IMG/VR virus record: IMGVR_UViG_3300002026_000072
Span: 1 to 64,000 of that record
Length of the DNA stretch: 64,000 nt
From: a virus
Strand: one strand, 5' to 3'
In this document: in pieces, positions 61,828-64,000 of the stretch
Layout: every line of letters starts with the position of its first letter
Position numbering within the stretch: the stretch's first letter is position 1
The notes under the pieces: model-generated
The model's database searches: none
What the model was told of the DNA's origin: nothing
Seen by the model: only the letters and a program-made list of their open reading frames with translations
Position numbers and translations under genes: made by a program

Positions 61828-62679
61828 GTGCTCGACTTCGGCCACATCCCTGATACCGGACATGTCCGAAGCACGGTGTTTTGTGGCCTCCGTGGGTTCA
61901 CTTGGCAAAAACCCCGTGGCATCAGCATGGTGCGTATATTCGCCGTGGGTCAGGGCGGTAACGCCCCTGTAGTAGCGCCGGGCGGTACTGGTGGCGTGGG
62001 GGGCGGGTCGGGCGCGCAGTCAGTACTGCTTGCGCCCGCCGCTTATTTGCCCGACCTGCTTCATATCTCCACCGGCCCTGGCGGGGCCGGCACTGCTACG
62101 CCAACCATCGTTGCAATACGGCCGTGTGGCGCTACCTTCTCGTCGATACCTTTGGCGCAAGACACACTCCTAGTCGCGGGAGGCGCTATTGGCAACGCGG
62201 TGACCGCAGGCGCCGTCGGTAGTCTTGCGACGGCGATTCTGTCGGGGCTAGGGCAGGCTCAGTTTTCCACCGGGACTGCGGGTGGTGCCGTCGCTACAGC
62301 GGTGGCGTGGCCGACGACCGGGCGTTTGGTTTGTGGCGGCGGCGGCGGCGGATCTTCGGGTATGCCCGGTTCAAACGGCGGGGGCATAACGGGCACGGCG
62401 CGGCGCCCATTCATCCTGCCGGCTGGCGGGATCGGGTCTGTCACTTCTGGCGTGGCCGGAACTTGTGGAGGGAGTGGGTACACCTCAGTCCCCGATATGT
62501 TCTTCACCGGAGGCGCTGGTGGTGGTGGCGGCTACACCACCGTCGCAAGCAGTGGAGGCGCTGGCGGTAATGGCGGCTGGGGCTGTGGTGGCGGGGGCGG
62601 GGGCGGTGCGCCGACTGGGCTGAGCACCGGGACCCCTGGCAAAGGTGGTCCTGGTTTCGTGATCATTACCTGTTGGTAG
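61828..62679 (+). CDS. glycine-rich tail-fibre paralogue 1 (283 aa)
   Basis: MLDFGHIPD N-terminus, WQKPRGISMV, poly-Gly tracts, and C-terminal PGKGGPGFVIITCW. Confidence 0.8.
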   Translation: MLDFGHIPDTGHVRSTVFCGLRGFTWQKPRGISMVRIFAVGQGGNAPVVAPGGTGGVGGGSGAQSVLLAPAAYLPDLLHISTGPGGAGTATPTIVAIRPCGATFSSIPLAQDTLLVAGGAIGNAVTAGAVGSLATAILSGLGQAQFSTGTAGGAVATAVAWPTTGRLVCGGGGGGSSGMPGSNGGGITGTARRPFILPAGGIGSVTSGVAGTCGGSGYTSVPDMFFTGGAGGGGGYTTVASSGGAGGNGGWGCGGGGGGGAPTGLSTGTPGKGGPGFVIITCW

Positions 62680-62682
62680 CCC

Positions 62683-63546
62683 ATGCTTGACTTCGGACAT
62701 ATCCCCGACATCTCTCACGTCCGTGAGAGTGTGTTTGTCGGCAACGCCAAAATTAACGGCCCTGCGACGATGGTTTGGCAAAAACCCCGTGGCATCAGCA
62801 TGGTCCGTTTTCTGGCAGTCGGTCAGGGCGGCAATGGGGGGTTTTCAACGGCTGCCGCCACCAGTCCAATACCGAAATCAGGCGCTGGTGGGCATGGCGG
62901 AGGGTCAGGCGGACAGACCTTGCTGACTATCCCTGCGGTGCTCCTCCCAGATGTTCTCTACATCCAGGCAGGGGCCGGTGGGGCCGGCACCGCCGTAATC
63001 ACCTACGTCGCGTCTGCCCCACACGGAGCGACCTACAACTCGGTTCCTTTTGCTCACTATGTCCTAGCTGCTAATGGGGCTCCTGGGAATTCAGTAACGG
63101 CAGGGGCAAATATGATTACTGGGTGGCTGTATCGCGGAAATTTCAGGGTTTGGGCTGGGCTTGCTGGGAGAACCGCAACTACTTCTACGGGGGGTCCGCC
63201 TGCGGCTAACAACATCGGGCTTTTAGTCAGCGGGGGAGGTGCCGGTGGAGGAACGAATCAGTCTTTTGGCACAGCGGGTGGGGCCGGAGCGACTACAGCA
63301 CCTCGTACCCCCTACACCATCGCTAGAGGAGGAGCAGGCGGGACTTCTGGTGTCAACGGAGGGGCTGGTACACCCGGCATAACGTCTCTGAGGGACCTTA
63401 TGTTCACTGCCGGTGGAGGCGGTGGTGGCGGTTTTCCGTTGGCGACAAAGTCGAGCGGTGGTGGCGGTGGCGCTGGCGGCTGGGGTTGTGGCGGCGGGAC
63501 CCCTGGCAAAGGTGGCCCTGGTTTTGTGATCATTACCTGCTGGTAG
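62683..63546 (+). CDS. glycine-rich tail-fibre paralogue 2 (287 aa)
   Basis: Same N- and C-terminal modules as paralogue 1, with a divergent middle. Confidence 0.8.
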   Translation: MLDFGHIPDISHVRESVFVGNAKINGPATMVWQKPRGISMVRFLAVGQGGNGGFSTAAATSPIPKSGAGGHGGGSGGQTLLTIPAVLLPDVLYIQAGAGGAGTAVITYVASAPHGATYNSVPFAHYVLAANGAPGNSVTAGANMITGWLYRGNFRVWAGLAGRTATTSTGGPPAANNIGLLVSGGGAGGGTNQSFGTAGGAGATTAPRTPYTIARGGAGGTSGVNGGAGTPGITSLRDLMFTAGGGGGGGFPLATKSSGGGGGAGGWGCGGGTPGKGGPGFVIITCW

Positions 63547-63552
63547 ACCAAC

Positions 63553-64000
63553 ATGCTTGATTTCGGACACCTGCCTGGACAAGACGAACGCACACGCTTG
63601 TTCGTTGGTCACGGTAATTACAACCAGGGGCGCAACGACGAACCTGCGTACTACCAGTGGCAGAAGCCTCGTGGTGTCAGCATGATCTTCATGCTCGCTG
63701 TCGGTTCGGGCTCGAACGGGCAGACCGGGTCTGCTGGAGCGCCGGATGCCTCCTCGTGGGGGGGTCAAGGTGGAGGCGGTGGGAGCATGTCAACCCTCCT
63801 GATACCGGCTGCGGGGTTGCCAGACACGCTCTACCTCGTCGCAACATCAGGAGGTAGTCGGAACACGTTTATTGCCACGTCCCCTTACGGGGCCACCGCA
63901 GGGTCAGACCCGTTAGCTTCCGACACCGTGCTGAAGGCTCTCTCTGGAATCGCCGGGACTACGTCGGCAGCAGTAGCAATCGCGCAGTGTCTCTTGGCTA
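63553..64000 (+). CDS. glycine-rich tail-fibre paralogue 3 (3'-truncated by the window)
   Basis: ATG at 63553. MLDFGHLPGQ...YQWQKPRGVSMIFMLAVGSGSNG. Same frame and spacing as paralogues 1 and 2. Open to the window end, so absent from the ORF track. Confidence 0.75.
   Translation, partial: MLDFGHLPGQDERTRLFVGHGNYNQGRNDEPAYYQWQKPRGVSMIFMLAVGSGSNGQTGSAGAPDASSWGGQGGGGGSMSTLLIPAAGLPDTLYLVATSGGSRNTFIATSPYGATAGSDPLASDTVLKALSGIAGTTSAAVAIAQCLLA

Noticed and set aside
61828-64000. Diversity-generating retroelement acting on the glycine-rich paralogues
   Set aside because: No reverse transcriptase ORF is present in the window. There is no template/variable repeat pair with adenine-specific mismatches, and the conserved parts are the termini rather than a C-terminal variable region.

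Overview
The whole window is high-GC (roughly two-thirds G+C by eye) phage DNA. I saw no host housekeeping genes, no rRNA, no CRISPR array and no complete tRNA.

Layout:
- 1-18974 (+): virion, tail and ejection genes. These include an Ala-rich repeat protein cut by the window edge, several large tail-associated ORFs, and three consecutive internal-virion-type proteins of 613, 823 and 2438 aa. The 2438-aa protein carries an HExxH motif.
- 19000-22250: lysogeny corner. It holds a tRNA 3'-half-like fragment (probable attP core), a tyrosine integrase and an excisionase-like HTH protein.
- 22233-44901 (-): early and DNA-metabolism operons. Calls include an ATP-dependent DNA ligase, a DEDDh exonuclease, a family-A DNA polymerase interrupted by an intein, an SNF2-type helicase, a Cas4-like nuclease, a MoxR-AAA/DUF3150-like/vWA-HExxH trio and a prim-pol/SF3 primase-helicase.
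- 45219-47986 (-): a run of small, mostly membrane proteins separated by conserved hairpins.
- 48216-64000 (+): terS, terL, portal, scaffold, an N4-gp56-type capsid, a lysis cassette (SAR endolysin, overlapped spanins, holin), and at least three tandem glycine-rich tail-fibre paralogues.

From memory, the architecture (tandem fibre paralogues, giant virion protein, integrase in a PolA-encoding podovirus-like genome) resembles Bcep22-like Burkholderia podophages. I could not test that here.

Most notable observations:
1. The PolA intein's interior encodes an intact HNH endonuclease in a different reading frame.
2. terL lacks the Walker-A segment.
3. A palindrome, ATC(T/G)AA(C/G)TT(A/C)GAT, occurs about 15 times next to gene starts on both strands. 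Two more copies are embedded in coding sequence.
4. Two AT-rich direct repeats of about 168 bp bracket the 26-kb lysogeny and replication block.

All functional calls rest on motif recognition by eye. No searches were run.
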